Assembly: GCA_965206595.1 (NCBI GenBank)
Contig: OZ242214.1
Coordinates: 1,984,001 to 2,048,000, forward strand
From: Candidatus Latescibacterota bacterium
Lineage (GTDB): Bacteria > Latescibacterota > UBA2968 > UBA8231
Reading direction: 5' to 3'
DNA length: 64,000 nucleotides
A program made the translations under genes and the position numbers. Below the pieces are notes generated by a model. The model was not told the origin of the DNA and did no database searches. It saw only the letters and a list, made by a program, of their open reading frames with translations. Shown here one piece after another: positions 32,913 through 43,310 of the stretch (positions within the stretch are counted from its first letter, which is position 1; each line of letters opens with the position of its first letter).

Positions 32913-34298
32913 TTACAAAGGGTCTGTCTGAAGCGAAACAAGTAACTTCTCGGCGACCTCTTCGAAGGCCGCCACGCGCGATGCCTTGATGAGGACTACA
33001 TCTCCCGGACGAACCTCCGCACAGAGCTGCACGGTGAGCTCGGCCTTGTTTTCAATGTGCCGCGCGTTTTGGAGGCCTTCTTCAAGAGCTCCCAAGTGGG
33101 TAGAGCGGCTGAGCTGCCCGCACGTCAACAGCAACTCGACACCCGCTCTGCTAGCCAGCCTGCCGAGTTCCGCGTGAAGCTCCGGTGCCGAGTCGCCGAG
33201 CTCGAGCATATCGCCTAGTGCAGCGACACGCCTGCCACCGTTCGCCAACTGCATATCACCGAGCAGATCGAGGGCGGCTTTTGCAGACCCGGGATTGGAG
33301 TTGTAACAATCCTTGATGAGGCACGTACCGTTTTTCCATAAAACCTCGGAGCGCATCGAGGCAGGTTCGAATTCGGCGAGAGCGCATTCGATCTCGGGCG
33401 CCGGAACGCCACAGAGATCCCCTACCGCGGCTGCGGCCAGGGCGTTGTATACATTGTGCCTTCCGGGAATCCGGAGGTCAATGCGGATGTTCTGTAGAGA
33501 GAGGTGGCCGCGGCCCTCCTGGTCAAGAACAAGTCCCTCCCCACAAAAATGACTCTCACTATCGAGACTGAAGCCGAGGAGTCTCCCCTTTTTCTTCATG
33601 ACCTCCCTGGCTACGACACAGTCATCGACGTTGACGAGAGCCAATGAAGACTCGTCCCCGATATAATCCAGGAGTTCCCCTTTGGCTTTGGCCACCCCCT
33701 CTACAGTTTCAAAAAACTCGAGATGCGCGGTCCCGATGTTCAGCAGGACCCCGATGGTCGGCTGCGCGACCTCGCAAAGGTAGCGAATATCTCCCGCCTT
33801 GCGCGCCGCCAATTCAACTACAACTGCTTCAACTTCGCCTGTCAAGCCCAAAAGCGTCAACGGCACCCCGACTTCGTTGTTTTCGCTGTTTAGCGTCTTG
33901 AGGACCTTCATGGTACGTCCCAGGACTGCGGCGGTCATCTCCTTGGTCGTCGTCTTGCCGGCGCTTCCCGTGATCGCTACGACGGGAAGGTCGAACCGCC
34001 TGCGGTACTGTTTGGCGATCTCTCCCAGGGCCTTGAGAGTGTTGGCCACTCGCAACACCGGCTGGCCGCCGACACCCTCACAGGAGTCTGCGATGGCGGC
34101 GCAAGCCCCGCGATCGAAGGCCTCCTCGACGAACCGGTTGCCGTCGAAGCTCGGACCGCGCAGGGCGAGGAACGCCTCCCCCTCCTGCAAGGTCCGGGTA
34201 TCGGTACTGATGCCTGTGGGTGCTATGCCATCAGCCCCTTTCCCAACCCATTGCCCGTCGATCCATTGACGGATCTCCCCGGCAGTGACCCCTTCCAT
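32913..34298 (-). CDS. murF: UDP-MurNAc-tripeptide--D-Ala-D-Ala ligase
   Basis: ISTDTR, ITGSAGKTTTKEM, NNEVGVPLT, DCYNSNP, LGDMLELG, KASR. Confidence 0.95.
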   Translation of the reverse strand: MEGVTAGEIRQWIDGQWVGKGADGIAPTGISTDTRTLQEGEAFLALRGPSFDGNRFVEEAFDRGACAAIADSCEGVGGQPVLRVANTLKALGEIAKQYRRRFDLPVVAITGSAGKTTTKEMTAAVLGRTMKVLKTLNSENNEVGVPLTLLGLTGEVEAVVVELAARKAGDIRYLCEVAQPTIGVLLNIGTAHLEFFETVEGVAKAKGELLDYIGDESSLALVNVDDCVVAREVMKKKGRLLGFSLDSESHFCGEGLVLDQEGRGHLSLQNIRIDLRIPGRHNVYNALAAAAVGDLCGVPAPEIECALAEFEPASMRSEVLWKNGTCLIKDCYNSNPGSAKAALDLLGDMQLANGGRRVAALGDMLELGDSAPELHAELGRLASRAGVELLLTCGQLSRSTHLGALEEGLQNARHIENKAELTVQLCAEVRPGDVVLIKASRVAAFEEVAEKLLVSLQTDPL

Positions 34299-35792
34299 TC
34301 AGCCTCCCCCCCCTCCCGTCCCTCGTTGCCTCAGCCACTCCCGAGCGACGTGGCGATCGTCGAAATCGATTGCGTGATCAGCAAAAACCTGGTGGGTTTC
34401 GTTGCCCTTTCCCGCCAGCACCACCATGTCGCCGTCTTTGGCGACATGCAGCGCCCTGCCGATCGCCTCGCGCCGGTCGGTAAACAGGTGCGCCCTTCCC
34501 GGGGCGCTCATCCCGGCGGCTATATCATCGATTATCCGTTCGGGAGGCTCGCGCCGGGGATTGTCCGAAGTGAGGAAGACCACATCCGCCAACTCGCTCG
34601 CGATTCTCCCCATTTCCGGGCGCTTCCCCCGGTCGCGGTCGCCGCCGCACCCGAAGAGGCACACCAGCTTTTTTCTGGTGAGTTCCCGCGCCGTATTCAG
34701 AACCGTTTCGAGCCCGGCAGGTGTGTGCGCGTAATCGACTATCACCTCGAACGGCTGTCCTTCGTCAATGCGCTCGAAGCGGCCCGGTACGCCTTCGAAC
34801 TCCGCGAGGGCCGCGGCAATCGTATCCGCATCGATACCGAGAGCGAGGCCGCAGGCGACGGCCGCCATGGCATTGGAACAGTTGAAACTCCCCGTCAACC
34901 CGGTGTGGACAGCGATTTTCCCCTGGGGAGTAAGCAGCGAAAGTGAGGTTCTTCCCCGCGCCCCGGAGGCAGACAACAACCGAACATCCGCATCTTCGCC
35001 CTTTCCGAACGTCAGCGCCGAACCATCGAGACTCCGACTCAGACGCCTTCCGCAAGGGTCGTCGAGATTGACCGCGGCGCAAGGCGATGAGTGCGGCTTG
35101 AGGAGATCGAACAGCTTTTTCTTGGCCTCGAAGTACGCCTCTTCGGAACAGTGAAAATCCAGGTGATCTCGGGTCAGGTTGGTGAAAACCGCGGCATCGA
35201 ACCGGATGCCGTCGACACGGCCGAGGGCGAGGGCGTGGGATGAAACCTCGAGTGCCACCGCCGAGCGTCCGGCGTCGACCATGGCGCGCAATTCCCGGTG
35301 CAGTTCGGATGCTTCTGGAGTCGTGTTCGCAAGCGGTTCCATGAAGTCCGAGGCGAGGCTGCCCAGCGTCCCGAGGTAACCGCAGGAACGACCGGAACGA
35401 TCGATGATGGCACGGATCAGCATCGCCGTCGTGGTTTTGCCGTTGGTTCCGGTAACCCCCACGGTGCACAGCTGGCGCGAAGGTTCTCCGTAGAAGCGGG
35501 CGGCGAGTTTCGCCAGGGCCTGGCGGCAGTCGCCGACCTCGATCACGGTAGCGGATCCCGTCCGGGCAGCTCTCTCCACTACCACCGCAGCGGACCCGCG
35601 CGCCACCGCATCTTCGACGTATTCGTGCCGGTCCCTTTCCTCGCCGCCGCTGATGGCTACGAAAAGGCCACCGGGACGCACGGAACGGGAGTCGCAGGCT
35701 ATGCTTCCGATTTCGATACCGACCTCTCCCGTTACCCGGGCATCGGGCAGGACTTCCAGCAAGTAGCCAAGAGAGCTCGTGGAGGTGCTCAT
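34299..35792 (-). CDS. murE: UDP-MurNAc-dipeptide--meso-DAP ligase
   Basis: VTGTNGKTTT, EVSSH, NLTRDHLDFH, DYAHTP, DNPR (DAP specificity), AGKG. Confidence 0.96.
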   Translation of the reverse strand: MSTSTSSLGYLLEVLPDARVTGEVGIEIGSIACDSRSVRPGGLFVAISGGEERDRHEYVEDAVARGSAAVVVERAARTGSATVIEVGDCRQALAKLAARFYGEPSRQLCTVGVTGTNGKTTTAMLIRAIIDRSGRSCGYLGTLGSLASDFMEPLANTTPEASELHRELRAMVDAGRSAVALEVSSHALALGRVDGIRFDAAVFTNLTRDHLDFHCSEEAYFEAKKKLFDLLKPHSSPCAAVNLDDPCGRRLSRSLDGSALTFGKGEDADVRLLSASGARGRTSLSLLTPQGKIAVHTGLTGSFNCSNAMAAVACGLALGIDADTIAAALAEFEGVPGRFERIDEGQPFEVIVDYAHTPAGLETVLNTARELTRKKLVCLFGCGGDRDRGKRPEMGRIASELADVVFLTSDNPRREPPERIIDDIAAGMSAPGRAHLFTDRREAIGRALHVAKDGDMVVLAGKGNETHQVFADHAIDFDDRHVAREWLRQRGTGGGGG

Positions 35793-37813
35793 TGTGAATA
35801 CGCCAGCGGCCGCTGGGCAAACTTGGCCAGGAGTACGGACTGCCGCACCGGCATGCCGGTCGGGGGAAAGAGGACCTCGCGGGGGTGGCCGAGCGTGCAT
35901 GCGACCCGGTCCGCTACCACGGAACCAGGCGTCGGATCCTGGGAAATGACGGTAGTGCCTTCCCCGGCGAAGTGGACGGCCAGTCCCCTGATGCTCCCGT
36001 GGTAGCGGGCGGTTTCCGGGCTCAATCCCCGCAGGTCGGGAAGCACGGGAGTTGCCCTGGCGGCCAAGGCGGGGGGTTGCCCGCTCTCCGGCGCGCGCGG
36101 CCTCTTGATCCTTCCCTGAAAGTAGACACGCTCCATGACGCGGCGAAAAACCGGGGCTGCAACCCGGCCGCCCCACTTCTCGGTTCGTGGATTGAGCATC
36201 ACGATCAGGCAGAGAAACTCAGGCTGTCGAGCAGGCAGGAACCCGACAAAGGAAACGACGTACTCATCCTTCGCGTACCCCCTGCCTTGTTTGGCAGCCC
36301 GCTGCGCCGTACCGGTTTTGCCCGCCACGTCGACTCCGGGGATCTTCGCCATCCGCCCCGTGCCATCGCGCACGACCTCGGCGAGAATCTCCCTCATGGT
36401 CGACGAGGTCTTCTCCGAGATCACCCGGCGGATCACATTCGGTTTGACGACGGTTCTTCCGCCTCCGCCATCGTCCATCACGCGCAGGATCTGCGGAGCC
36501 ATCAGCTGACCGCCGTTGGCAATGGCTCCGAAGGCCTGCACCATCTGCAGTGCGGTAACCGAAACCTCCTGCCCGATGGCGATAGTTTCGAGGGAGCGAT
36601 CGGACCACTTGCGCGCATTCCTGAGAAGACCGCCGCTTTCGGCAGGCAGACCGAGAGCGGTTCGCGTTCCGAATCCGAAGTTGCGGAGGTATTCGTAAAA
36701 CCTGGGGCGCTGTAGGCGGCGGGCGATCTTCATCATCCCGATGTTGCTCGAATTTACCAGGACTTCACTGGCGGTGAGCCAGCCATGCTTTCCCACGTCC
36801 CGGACAATATCGCCGTTGGTCAGCCTGAACGATCCGTTTTCACAGTAGACGAGGGTATTCGGGATCGCCAGTTCCTCTTCGAAAACCGAGGCAGCGGTTA
36901 TCGCTTTGAAGGTCGAACCCGGTTCAAAGGAATCGGTTATCGCCCGGTTGCGGCGTATTTCGGCTGGAAACTTTCCCGGTGCGTTGGGATTGAAGAGTGG
37001 AACACTGGCCATCGCCAAGATCTCTCCGGTATGGGGCTGCGAGATGATGGCATAGGCACCTTCGGAACGGGTCGAATCGACGGCCCGTGCGAGCTCCTCT
37101 TCGAGGATATCCTGGTATACCGCGTCGATCGTGAGAGTTAGGCTCGAACCGTCCTGCGGTGCCAGCTGTTCTCGATTGTGCACTGAAAGCTGCCGTCCGC
37201 GCCTGTCCACCTTGGTCAGCCTTTTACCGGTAGTCTCCCGAAGGGCGGAATCGTAGGATATCTCCACCCCCTCGCGGCCCTTTTTGTCGATATCGGCAAA
37301 CCCCAACAGCTGGCCGGCCACCGATCCGAACGGGTAATAGCGGCACGTCCCCTTTTGCTCGCGGATGCCCTCGATTCCGGACGGGCGGTATGCGGCTGCC
37401 TCCGTTTCCGGAACCTGTCTGGCTAGATAGACGAACGGCCGCTTACCGTTCAGCTCATCGAGAATCATCTCGGGTTTGCGGCCCGTTTTTGCGGCGAAAT
37501 GACGGGCAACCTCCTGCGGTTGTCGAATCTCGGAAGGGTGGCAGTAGAAGGATGTCGCCGGGACGTCCTGGGCGAGCACTCTCCCTTCACGGTCGAAAAT
37601 GCGCCCTCTGCTGGCGGCGATATCCACCCAGCGGTCGTGCTGCTGCATGGCCTTCTCCGCGTAGCTGTGGTGCTGAACCGCTTGCACCTGCACCAGCCTG
37701 CCGACCAGAAGTGCCCAGAACATCGCCCCGGCAAGAAAAACAAGGCGCAGCCGCGAACGACCTTGGAGCTTTCCCGCTTCCGGTATCCGGCACTCGCCTT
37801 GCCGGTCAGTCAT
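35789..37813 (-). CDS. ftsI: Class B penicillin-binding protein FtsI with PASTA domain
   Basis: RGRIFDR, RYYP, EPGSTFK (SxxK), SSN (SxN), KTGT. Confidence 0.93.
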   Translation of the reverse strand: MTDRQGECRIPEAGKLQGRSRLRLVFLAGAMFWALLVGRLVQVQAVQHHSYAEKAMQQHDRWVDIAASRGRIFDREGRVLAQDVPATSFYCHPSEIRQPQEVARHFAAKTGRKPEMILDELNGKRPFVYLARQVPETEAAAYRPSGIEGIREQKGTCRYYPFGSVAGQLLGFADIDKKGREGVEISYDSALRETTGKRLTKVDRRGRQLSVHNREQLAPQDGSSLTLTIDAVYQDILEEELARAVDSTRSEGAYAIISQPHTGEILAMASVPLFNPNAPGKFPAEIRRNRAITDSFEPGSTFKAITAASVFEEELAIPNTLVYCENGSFRLTNGDIVRDVGKHGWLTASEVLVNSSNIGMMKIARRLQRPRFYEYLRNFGFGTRTALGLPAESGGLLRNARKWSDRSLETIAIGQEVSVTALQMVQAFGAIANGGQLMAPQILRVMDDGGGGRTVVKPNVIRRVISEKTSSTMREILAEVVRDGTGRMAKIPGVDVAGKTGTAQRAAKQGRGYAKDEYVVSFVGFLPARQPEFLCLIVMLNPRTEKWGGRVAAPVFRRVMERVYFQGRIKRPRAPESGQPPALAARATPVLPDLRGLSPETARYHGSIRGLAVHFAGEGTTVISQDPTPGSVVADRVACTLGHPREVLFPPTGMPVRQSVLLAKFAQRPLAYSQ

Positions 37814-38084
37814 CGCCACTTCCTCCGCCGACCAGCCGATGCACCGGTATCATCCTCAGCTCCGATTCCGCCCGGCGAACAATGACTCCTGGCTTCTTCG
37901 CCCTGACCACCTCCGCCATCAGCCGGATGCGCTCATCCCTGAGGGAGGCGATTTCCGCTTCGGCCCCGTCGATGTCTCCCATCAACTCGGCGACTTCCAC
38001 TTTGCCCCAGACGTACAGGATCGTCAGCGCAACGCCGGCGGCGATCGCGGTCACATAGGCTTTCAGTGTCTGAAACGAATACAT
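37806..38084 (-). CDS. ftsL: Cell division protein FtsL-like
   Basis: TM + coiled coil, A...L.M motif; position between rsmH and ftsI. Confidence 0.7.
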   Translation of the reverse strand: MYSFQTLKAYVTAIAAGVALTILYVWGKVEVAELMGDIDGAEAEIASLRDERIRLMAEVVRAKKPGVIVRRAESELRMIPVHRLVGGGSGDD

Positions 38085-38112
38085 GGCTCCGTTCCCGTTG
38101 CCGGTGTGCGGC

Positions 38113-39039
38113 CTAGACGGGCAGCTTTTCGAATACCCGCAGTCCGGCGCTGCGAGCACGGGGATTTGCGGCTGTTTCCTCGGCGGTCGCCGTTCGCCTC
38201 CGGTGGACCGAGCGGAACGACGGTTTGCCCCCGCACCTGCAGACAGGAATCCGCGGGGGACAGGTGCAGCCCTTTATCCTCGCGGCGAGCGCTGACTTCA
38301 CGAGTCTGTCCTCCAGGGAGTGGTAGGAAATTACCGCCAATCGGCCTTTGCACGTCAGCATTTCCATGGCGGAACTCAGCCCCGATTCCAGCGCTTTCAA
38401 CTCGTCGTTGACGGCGATGCGCAGGGCCTGAAACACCCGAGCCAGCGTCTTGTTCCGCATCTGCGGATGCGTGGATTCGACCGCGGCCCGCAGGTCGCCG
38501 GTCGATCTCATTCCATTGCAGTCTCTTCGGATGCAGATTGCCCGGGCGATCCGGCGCGCGCCGCGCTCTTCGCCGTAGCGCCTGATCAAATCGGACAGGT
38601 TGGCTTCCGAGACCTCCGCCAGCAGATCGCCCGCATGGACCCCGGCGCCGCGGTCCATGCGCATGTCGAGGGGACCGGTCTCCCGGTAGCTGAAACCGCG
38701 GCCAGATTCGTCGATCTGGTGCGAGGATACTCCCAGATCGAACAGAAGCCCGGAGACGGCAGTCGCCTCTGCAGTCTCCTCCAGCAGGATCGGCAGGTCG
38801 CGGAAATTGCCTTGATGGACCACCATGCGGCCTGAAAACTCCCCGGCAATCTGCCGCAGACGGGCGATCGCCTCCGGATCGCGGTCTATCGCGATGAGCC
38901 GGCCATCCTGGGCAAGTCGCCCAAGGATCGCGCGGCTGTGTCCCCCACCTCCGGCTGTAGCGTCGACATACACCCCTGCAGGGTCGTTGACGAGGCCGGC
39001 GACGACCTCCCTCACCATGACCGGCCGGTGGTATTCCAT
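38113..39039 (-). CDS. rsmH: 16S rRNA m4C1402 methyltransferase
   Basis: HRPVM, DATAGGGGHS, DLGVSSHQ, LDMRMD, FQALRIAVN, SYHSLEDR, NPRARSA. Confidence 0.97.
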   Translation of the reverse strand: MEYHRPVMVREVVAGLVNDPAGVYVDATAGGGGHSRAILGRLAQDGRLIAIDRDPEAIARLRQIAGEFSGRMVVHQGNFRDLPILLEETAEATAVSGLLFDLGVSSHQIDESGRGFSYRETGPLDMRMDRGAGVHAGDLLAEVSEANLSDLIRRYGEERGARRIARAICIRRDCNGMRSTGDLRAAVESTHPQMRNKTLARVFQALRIAVNDELKALESGLSSAMEMLTCKGRLAVISYHSLEDRLVKSALAARIKGCTCPPRIPVCRCGGKPSFRSVHRRRTATAEETAANPRARSAGLRVFEKLPV

Positions 39040-39072
39040 TGCGTCGATCCGTTTGCTTCAGGGTTCGGTAAC

Positions 39073-39516
39073 TCAAAGCCGCAAGCCTTCCGCGGATTGG
39101 GTTAGTCCCGCCTGGGCAGGCGCCAGGTAGGAATTCCAGGCTTCCGGCTCCCAGAACTCGAGCTTTCTCCCGGCTCCTGCGATTACCATCCGTTCGGAAA
39201 TGCCTGCACGATCGAGCAGTTTTTTCGGAAGGGTGGCCCTCCCTTGCCGGTCGAGCCTCACCTCCGCTGCCTGCGAGAAAACCACGCGGTAGTACTGGCG
39301 GGCATTCTGATCGGTATGGGGCAGATCGGCTATTTTCGTGGCGATCTCGCTCCAGGCTTGATGTGGGTGGGCGTTGAGACAGCCATCCAACCCCCGTGTC
39401 ACTACCAGAGTGTCGCCATCTTCGGGAAGCAGCTTGCGTCGCAACTCCGCCGGGAGAAAGATGCGGCTCTTGTCGTCGACCGGTACGTCGTATTCCCCGA
39501 GAAAAAACTGAGCCAC
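39073..39516 (-). CDS. mraZ: Transcriptional regulator MraZ
   Basis: FLGEY...DDKSR, GLDGCL, DRQGR, LEFW; first gene of dcw. Confidence 0.93.
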   Translation of the reverse strand: MAQFFLGEYDVPVDDKSRIFLPAELRRKLLPEDGDTLVVTRGLDGCLNAHPHQAWSEIATKIADLPHTDQNARQYYRVVFSQAAEVRLDRQGRATLPKKLLDRAGISERMVIAGAGRKLEFWEPEAWNSYLAPAQAGLTQSAEGLRL

Positions 39517-39549
39517 TGGCCTCCACCTTCTGCGAACCGCTTTCTCTTC

Positions 39550-39622
39550 CCCCCACCATCCACCTTTTTACACCACTTTACACCCCAGAGATAGTATACG
39601 GTTCCCCAGAAAGGGATGTCAA
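39550..39622 (-). promoter_or_regulatory. dcw promoter with MraZ-type direct repeats
   Basis: TTGACA-N18-TATACT, then roughly 10-bp periodic GGTG/GTGG repeats (GGGGTGTAAA GTGGTGTAAA AAGGTGGATG GTGGGG). Confidence 0.7.
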
Positions 39623-39727
39623 GGCAAATATCCGGTCTCCGCCTTGGGGACGAATGCCGATTCTGCCCCGCCACTTCCTTAAGCAACTGGTATCTATGGA
39701 TGAGGAGAATGCGGGTGGAATTCCCGC

Positions 39728-40327
39728 TCAGGCCAGCTCTACAACCTGCCGATTGATGACCATGCCCCGGGCCTGGTACTTCTCTTCGTAGTTGGTGGGA
39801 ACCCCTTCCCACTCCGCTTCGACCGCCCGCAGCCGCGGGAACTTCCCCAGTACCTCGAGCATGACCTCGAAGTACTCTACATGGTCGGTAGCCATCCACA
39901 GCCGGCCTCCAGGGATCAGGGTGCGCTCGATTTCGGCGATGAATTCGCTGTTGATCAGGCGGCGCTTGTGGTGGCGGTTCTTCGGCCAGGGGTCGGGGAA
40001 ATAGATGTGGTAGGCCTTGATGGAGTCGGCAGGCAGGAAGAATTCGACGAACTCCCGTGCATCTGCCCGCGCCAGCCTCACATTTCTCAGCTGGCGTCTG
40101 AGACATCGCTGGTGGGCGATCCTCAGGTACTTGCTCGCCCACTCGACGCCGAAATAGTTCGTGTTTTCGTTGCACTGGGCGGCATCGATCAGAAAGCGCC
40201 CCTTTCCGATTCCCAATTCGACCTCTACATCATTGGCATTGCCGAACAGGTACTCGAAGTCGAGGACGGGGTCGCCTTCGCACCGCTCCTCGAGAGCGAG
40301 AATCAGGTTTTCGACTTGCCGGGTCAT
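39728..40327 (-). CDS. trmB: tRNA (guanine-N7)-methyltransferase
   Basis: VELGIGKG, FPDPWPKNRHHKRRL, ATD, TNYE. Confidence 0.95.
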   Translation of the reverse strand: MTRQVENLILALEERCEGDPVLDFEYLFGNANDVEVELGIGKGRFLIDAAQCNENTNYFGVEWASKYLRIAHQRCLRRQLRNVRLARADAREFVEFFLPADSIKAYHIYFPDPWPKNRHHKRRLINSEFIAEIERTLIPGGRLWMATDHVEYFEVMLEVLGKFPRLRAVEAEWEGVPTNYEEKYQARGMVINRQVVELA

Positions 40328-40439
40328 CTTGCCCCATCTGACAGGCGGGGGTTACCCTGACCACCATCGGAAACAGCACGGACGCCCCCCTGCATGCCAC
40401 GAGCAGCGCCCGGATGATGGTTCCTGCTCCAGTCGCCTG

Positions 40440-41627
40440 TTATCCCGCCGCTTCGTGCGAGGGCAGGCCGCAGAACTGATCGTAGTCGATCAGCTCGGAA
40501 ATCGAGGGGTTCTCCCCGCATACCGGGCACTCGAGATCGCGGCGGAGCTTGAGCTCGCGGAAGGTCATGTCCAGGGCGTCGTAGAGCACGAGCCGGCCGA
40601 CCAGGGAGGACCCCTTGCCGATTATGAGCTTGACGACCTCGGTCGCCTGGATCACCCCGACGATCCCCGGCAACACTCCGAGCACACCTCCTTCGGCGCA
40701 GCTGGGAACCTCGCCGGGAGGGGGAGGTTCCGGATACTGGCAGCGGTAGCAGGGTCCCCCTGCGGCCGGGTTGTACACGGTCGCCTGTCCTTCGAAACGG
40801 AAGATGCTGCCGTCGACCACCGGCCTGCCCACAAGCACGGCGGCGTCGTTCACGAGATACCGCGTCGGGAAATTGTCGCATCCGTTGACTATGATGTCGT
40901 ACTGCGGCAGGATCTCCATGGCGTTGTCCGAGGTCAGCAGCTCGTTGTGGGCACGGATCTCCACTCCCGGGTTGAGGTCGAGGAGGCGTTGTTTGGCCGC
41001 CTCGACCTTCGGCTGCCCGACCATCGATTCCCCGAACAGCACCTGGCGCTGCAGATTGCTCTTGTCAACGACGTCGGCATCAACGAGGCCGATGGTGCCG
41101 ACCCCGGCGGCGGCAAGGTAGAGCCCTGTGGGACATCCGAGTCCTCCTGCTCCAATCAACAGCACCTTGGCTTTAAGCAACTCCTGCTGCCCCTGCTCCC
41201 CCACCTCGGGCAGCAGGATGTGACGGGAGTAGCGCTGGAGATCTTCCGCAGACAGGAGCCCGTTCTGCTCGATTCCGTAGCCGGCGTCTTTCCAGCCTTT
41301 GATGCCGCCGATCATCGAGCTGACGTTGGCGTAACCCATCTCTTCCAGATCACGGGCGGCCAAGGCCGATCGATTGCCGCCGGCGCAGTAGAGTACGATG
41401 CTCGCATCCCTGTCCATGGTGACATCCTCCTCGATGTTGAGCTCGAGGAATCCCCTGGGGATCAAATTGGCACCCGGGATGTATCCATCCAGGACCTCGT
41501 CCCGCTCGCGAACGTCGATGAGGTGCCGAGCCTCCCCGGACTGCAATCCGCGATGCACCGACTCGGGGCTGGCTTCGGTAATATGCCGCTTTATCCTGTC
41601 GAGCAGCTGACTCGAAGTGACAGACAT
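40440..41627 (-). CDS. moeB: Rhodanese-MoeB/ThiF fusion sulfur-carrier adenylyltransferase (MoeZ-like)
   Basis: N-terminal rhodanese (IDVRE, YCAGGNRS); RYSRH, GAGGLG, SNLQRQ, DNFPTRY, PCYRC, SCAEGGVLG, CPVC. Confidence 0.92.
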   Translation of the reverse strand: MSVTSSQLLDRIKRHITEASPESVHRGLQSGEARHLIDVRERDEVLDGYIPGANLIPRGFLELNIEEDVTMDRDASIVLYCAGGNRSALAARDLEEMGYANVSSMIGGIKGWKDAGYGIEQNGLLSAEDLQRYSRHILLPEVGEQGQQELLKAKVLLIGAGGLGCPTGLYLAAAGVGTIGLVDADVVDKSNLQRQVLFGESMVGQPKVEAAKQRLLDLNPGVEIRAHNELLTSDNAMEILPQYDIIVNGCDNFPTRYLVNDAAVLVGRPVVDGSIFRFEGQATVYNPAAGGPCYRCQYPEPPPPGEVPSCAEGGVLGVLPGIVGVIQATEVVKLIIGKGSSLVGRLVLYDALDMTFRELKLRRDLECPVCGENPSISELIDYDQFCGLPSHEAAG

Positions 41628-41765
41628 TTTTTAACTCCTGATTGGGATTTCGTTTGGGGATATGGACTGTAATTCTGAGTTTTCATCTGCAATCATGTCG
41701 GATAATTATCTATAGCGTGTTCCCACCACGTGCAACCCCGCGGTCCGGTCGGTGCTGGTCTCGAC

Positions 41766-42998
41766 CTACGCCGCGGCCATGGACTCCCGCTCCTTGGCGA
41801 TCGCAGAAAGGATGAAATTCCCCGCCGACTCGATCTCTTCCTCAGTCGTAAAGCGACCGAGCCCGAAGCGCACGGTCTCTGCGGCGGCCGTATCGTCAAG
41901 TCCGATCGCCTTGAGGACATGAGAGGGCCCGGCGCCTCCCGATTTGCAGGCCGATCCGGAAGAAAGCGCGACCTTGTCGCGCAGGCCGTTCATCAAACTC
42001 CCGCTGTCGACATCTGGGAAGCGGAGGCTTAGGCAGCCCGGGAGTCGTAGCTCCGGGTGACCATTGGCGACCGCCGTTCCTGAGGCCTCGAGTTTGCGCT
42101 GCAGGTCATCGCGCAGAGCGCTGAGGCGCACTGCCTCCGCAGCCATCTCGAGACGGGCGATCTCACAGCTCGTACCGAGTCCGACTGCACCCGGTACGTT
42201 GATGGTACCCGAGCGCACTCCCCTCTCCTGTCCCCCACCTTCGAGCTGCGCGGAAAGGCGCAGGCGCGGGCGCCGATTCGAGCGCACGAAGAGCGCCCCC
42301 TCTCCTTTCGGAGCGAACAGCTTGTGTGCCGAGACCGACAACAGGTCTATGCCGAGGGCGTCGACATCGAGGGGGATCTTGCCGACCGCCTGCGCCGCAT
42401 CGCAATGCCAGGGCACGCCGAATTCTCGCGCCACCTCGCCGATAGCCGCAAGCGGCTGGATGGTTCCCAGCTCGTTGTTGGCGGCCATGACGGAAATGAG
42501 CAGGGTATCCTCCGAAACGGCCGCGCGCAGTTCCCCGGGATCGAGAATTCCGTACCTGTCGACCGGCAACACGACGATCTCGAAGCCGCGCTTTTCCAGC
42601 GACGCGCAACAGTCCAGGACCGAAGGATGTTCGGTCGCACAGGTGATGATCCTGCCTCCGGGACGGTCGCTGGCTTGGGCGAAACCCTTCAGGGCGAGGT
42701 TGTTTGCTTCCGTGGCACCGCTGGTGAAGACGATTTCGCGTTCTTTCGCGCCGATGAGCCGAGCGACCTCGGCACGGGCGGTGGCCACGGCATCGGCAGC
42801 TTGCCAACCGAACCCGTGGGTCGTGCTCGAGGCATTGCCGAAATGGCTTTCCAGGAACGGCAGGACTGCTTCCAGCACCCTCGGATCGACAGGCGTGGTC
42901 GCCAGGTTGTCGAGGTATATCGGAGCGTGGGGTGCAGGAGGGTGGCGGGTGTAACTAGACGCTGAAGGATTCGCCACAGCCGCAGGTCGTGCGGGCAT
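41766..42998 (-). CDS. iscS: Cysteine desulfurase (IscS type); start uncertain (42998 ATG or 42977 GTG)
   Basis: IYLDNLATTP, FTSGATEANN, EHPSV, DAAQ, SAHK (PLP Lys), SSGSAC (catalytic Cys). Confidence 0.92.
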   Translation of the reverse strand: MPARPAAVANPSASSYTRHPPAPHAPIYLDNLATTPVDPRVLEAVLPFLESHFGNASSTTHGFGWQAADAVATARAEVARLIGAKEREIVFTSGATEANNLALKGFAQASDRPGGRIITCATEHPSVLDCCASLEKRGFEIVVLPVDRYGILDPGELRAAVSEDTLLISVMAANNELGTIQPLAAIGEVAREFGVPWHCDAAQAVGKIPLDVDALGIDLLSVSAHKLFAPKGEGALFVRSNRRPRLRLSAQLEGGGQERGVRSGTINVPGAVGLGTSCEIARLEMAAEAVRLSALRDDLQRKLEASGTAVANGHPELRLPGCLSLRFPDVDSGSLMNGLRDKVALSSGSACKSGGAGPSHVLKAIGLDDTAAAETVRFGLGRFTTEEEIESAGNFILSAIAKERESMAAA

Positions 42999-43278
42999 TG
43001 GGATTCTCGATCTGAAACCCGGAACCCATCAACCCGTCGTCGAAGTTCAATACGACTCCGTTGAGGTAGAGGCTGCTCTTGGGATCGACGAAGACGCGGA
43101 CGCCGTTCGATTCGACCACCTGGTCCATCTTTCCGGGAGCTTCCTCGAATTCGAGTTGATACTGGAATCCGGAGCAACCGCCCCCGCGTACGGCCACGCG
43201 CAGGCCTTGGGTCGGGTCCCCTTCCTTCTCGAGCAGGGTTTGGATCTTGACGGCGGCGCCGTCGGTGACAGTAATCAT
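42955..43278 (-). CDS. iscA: A-type Fe-S carrier (IscA/ErpA/HesB)
   Basis: GGGCSGFQY, NPNA..TCGCGESF. Confidence 0.92.
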   Translation of the reverse strand: MITVTDGAAVKIQTLLEKEGDPTQGLRVAVRGGGCSGFQYQLEFEEAPGKMDQVVESNGVRVFVDPKSSLYLNGVVLNFDDGLMGSGFQIENPNARTTCGCGESFSV

Positions 43279-43310
43279 CGCTTTTCAGGTTCCCGTTAAA
43301 TTGCCGGAAG

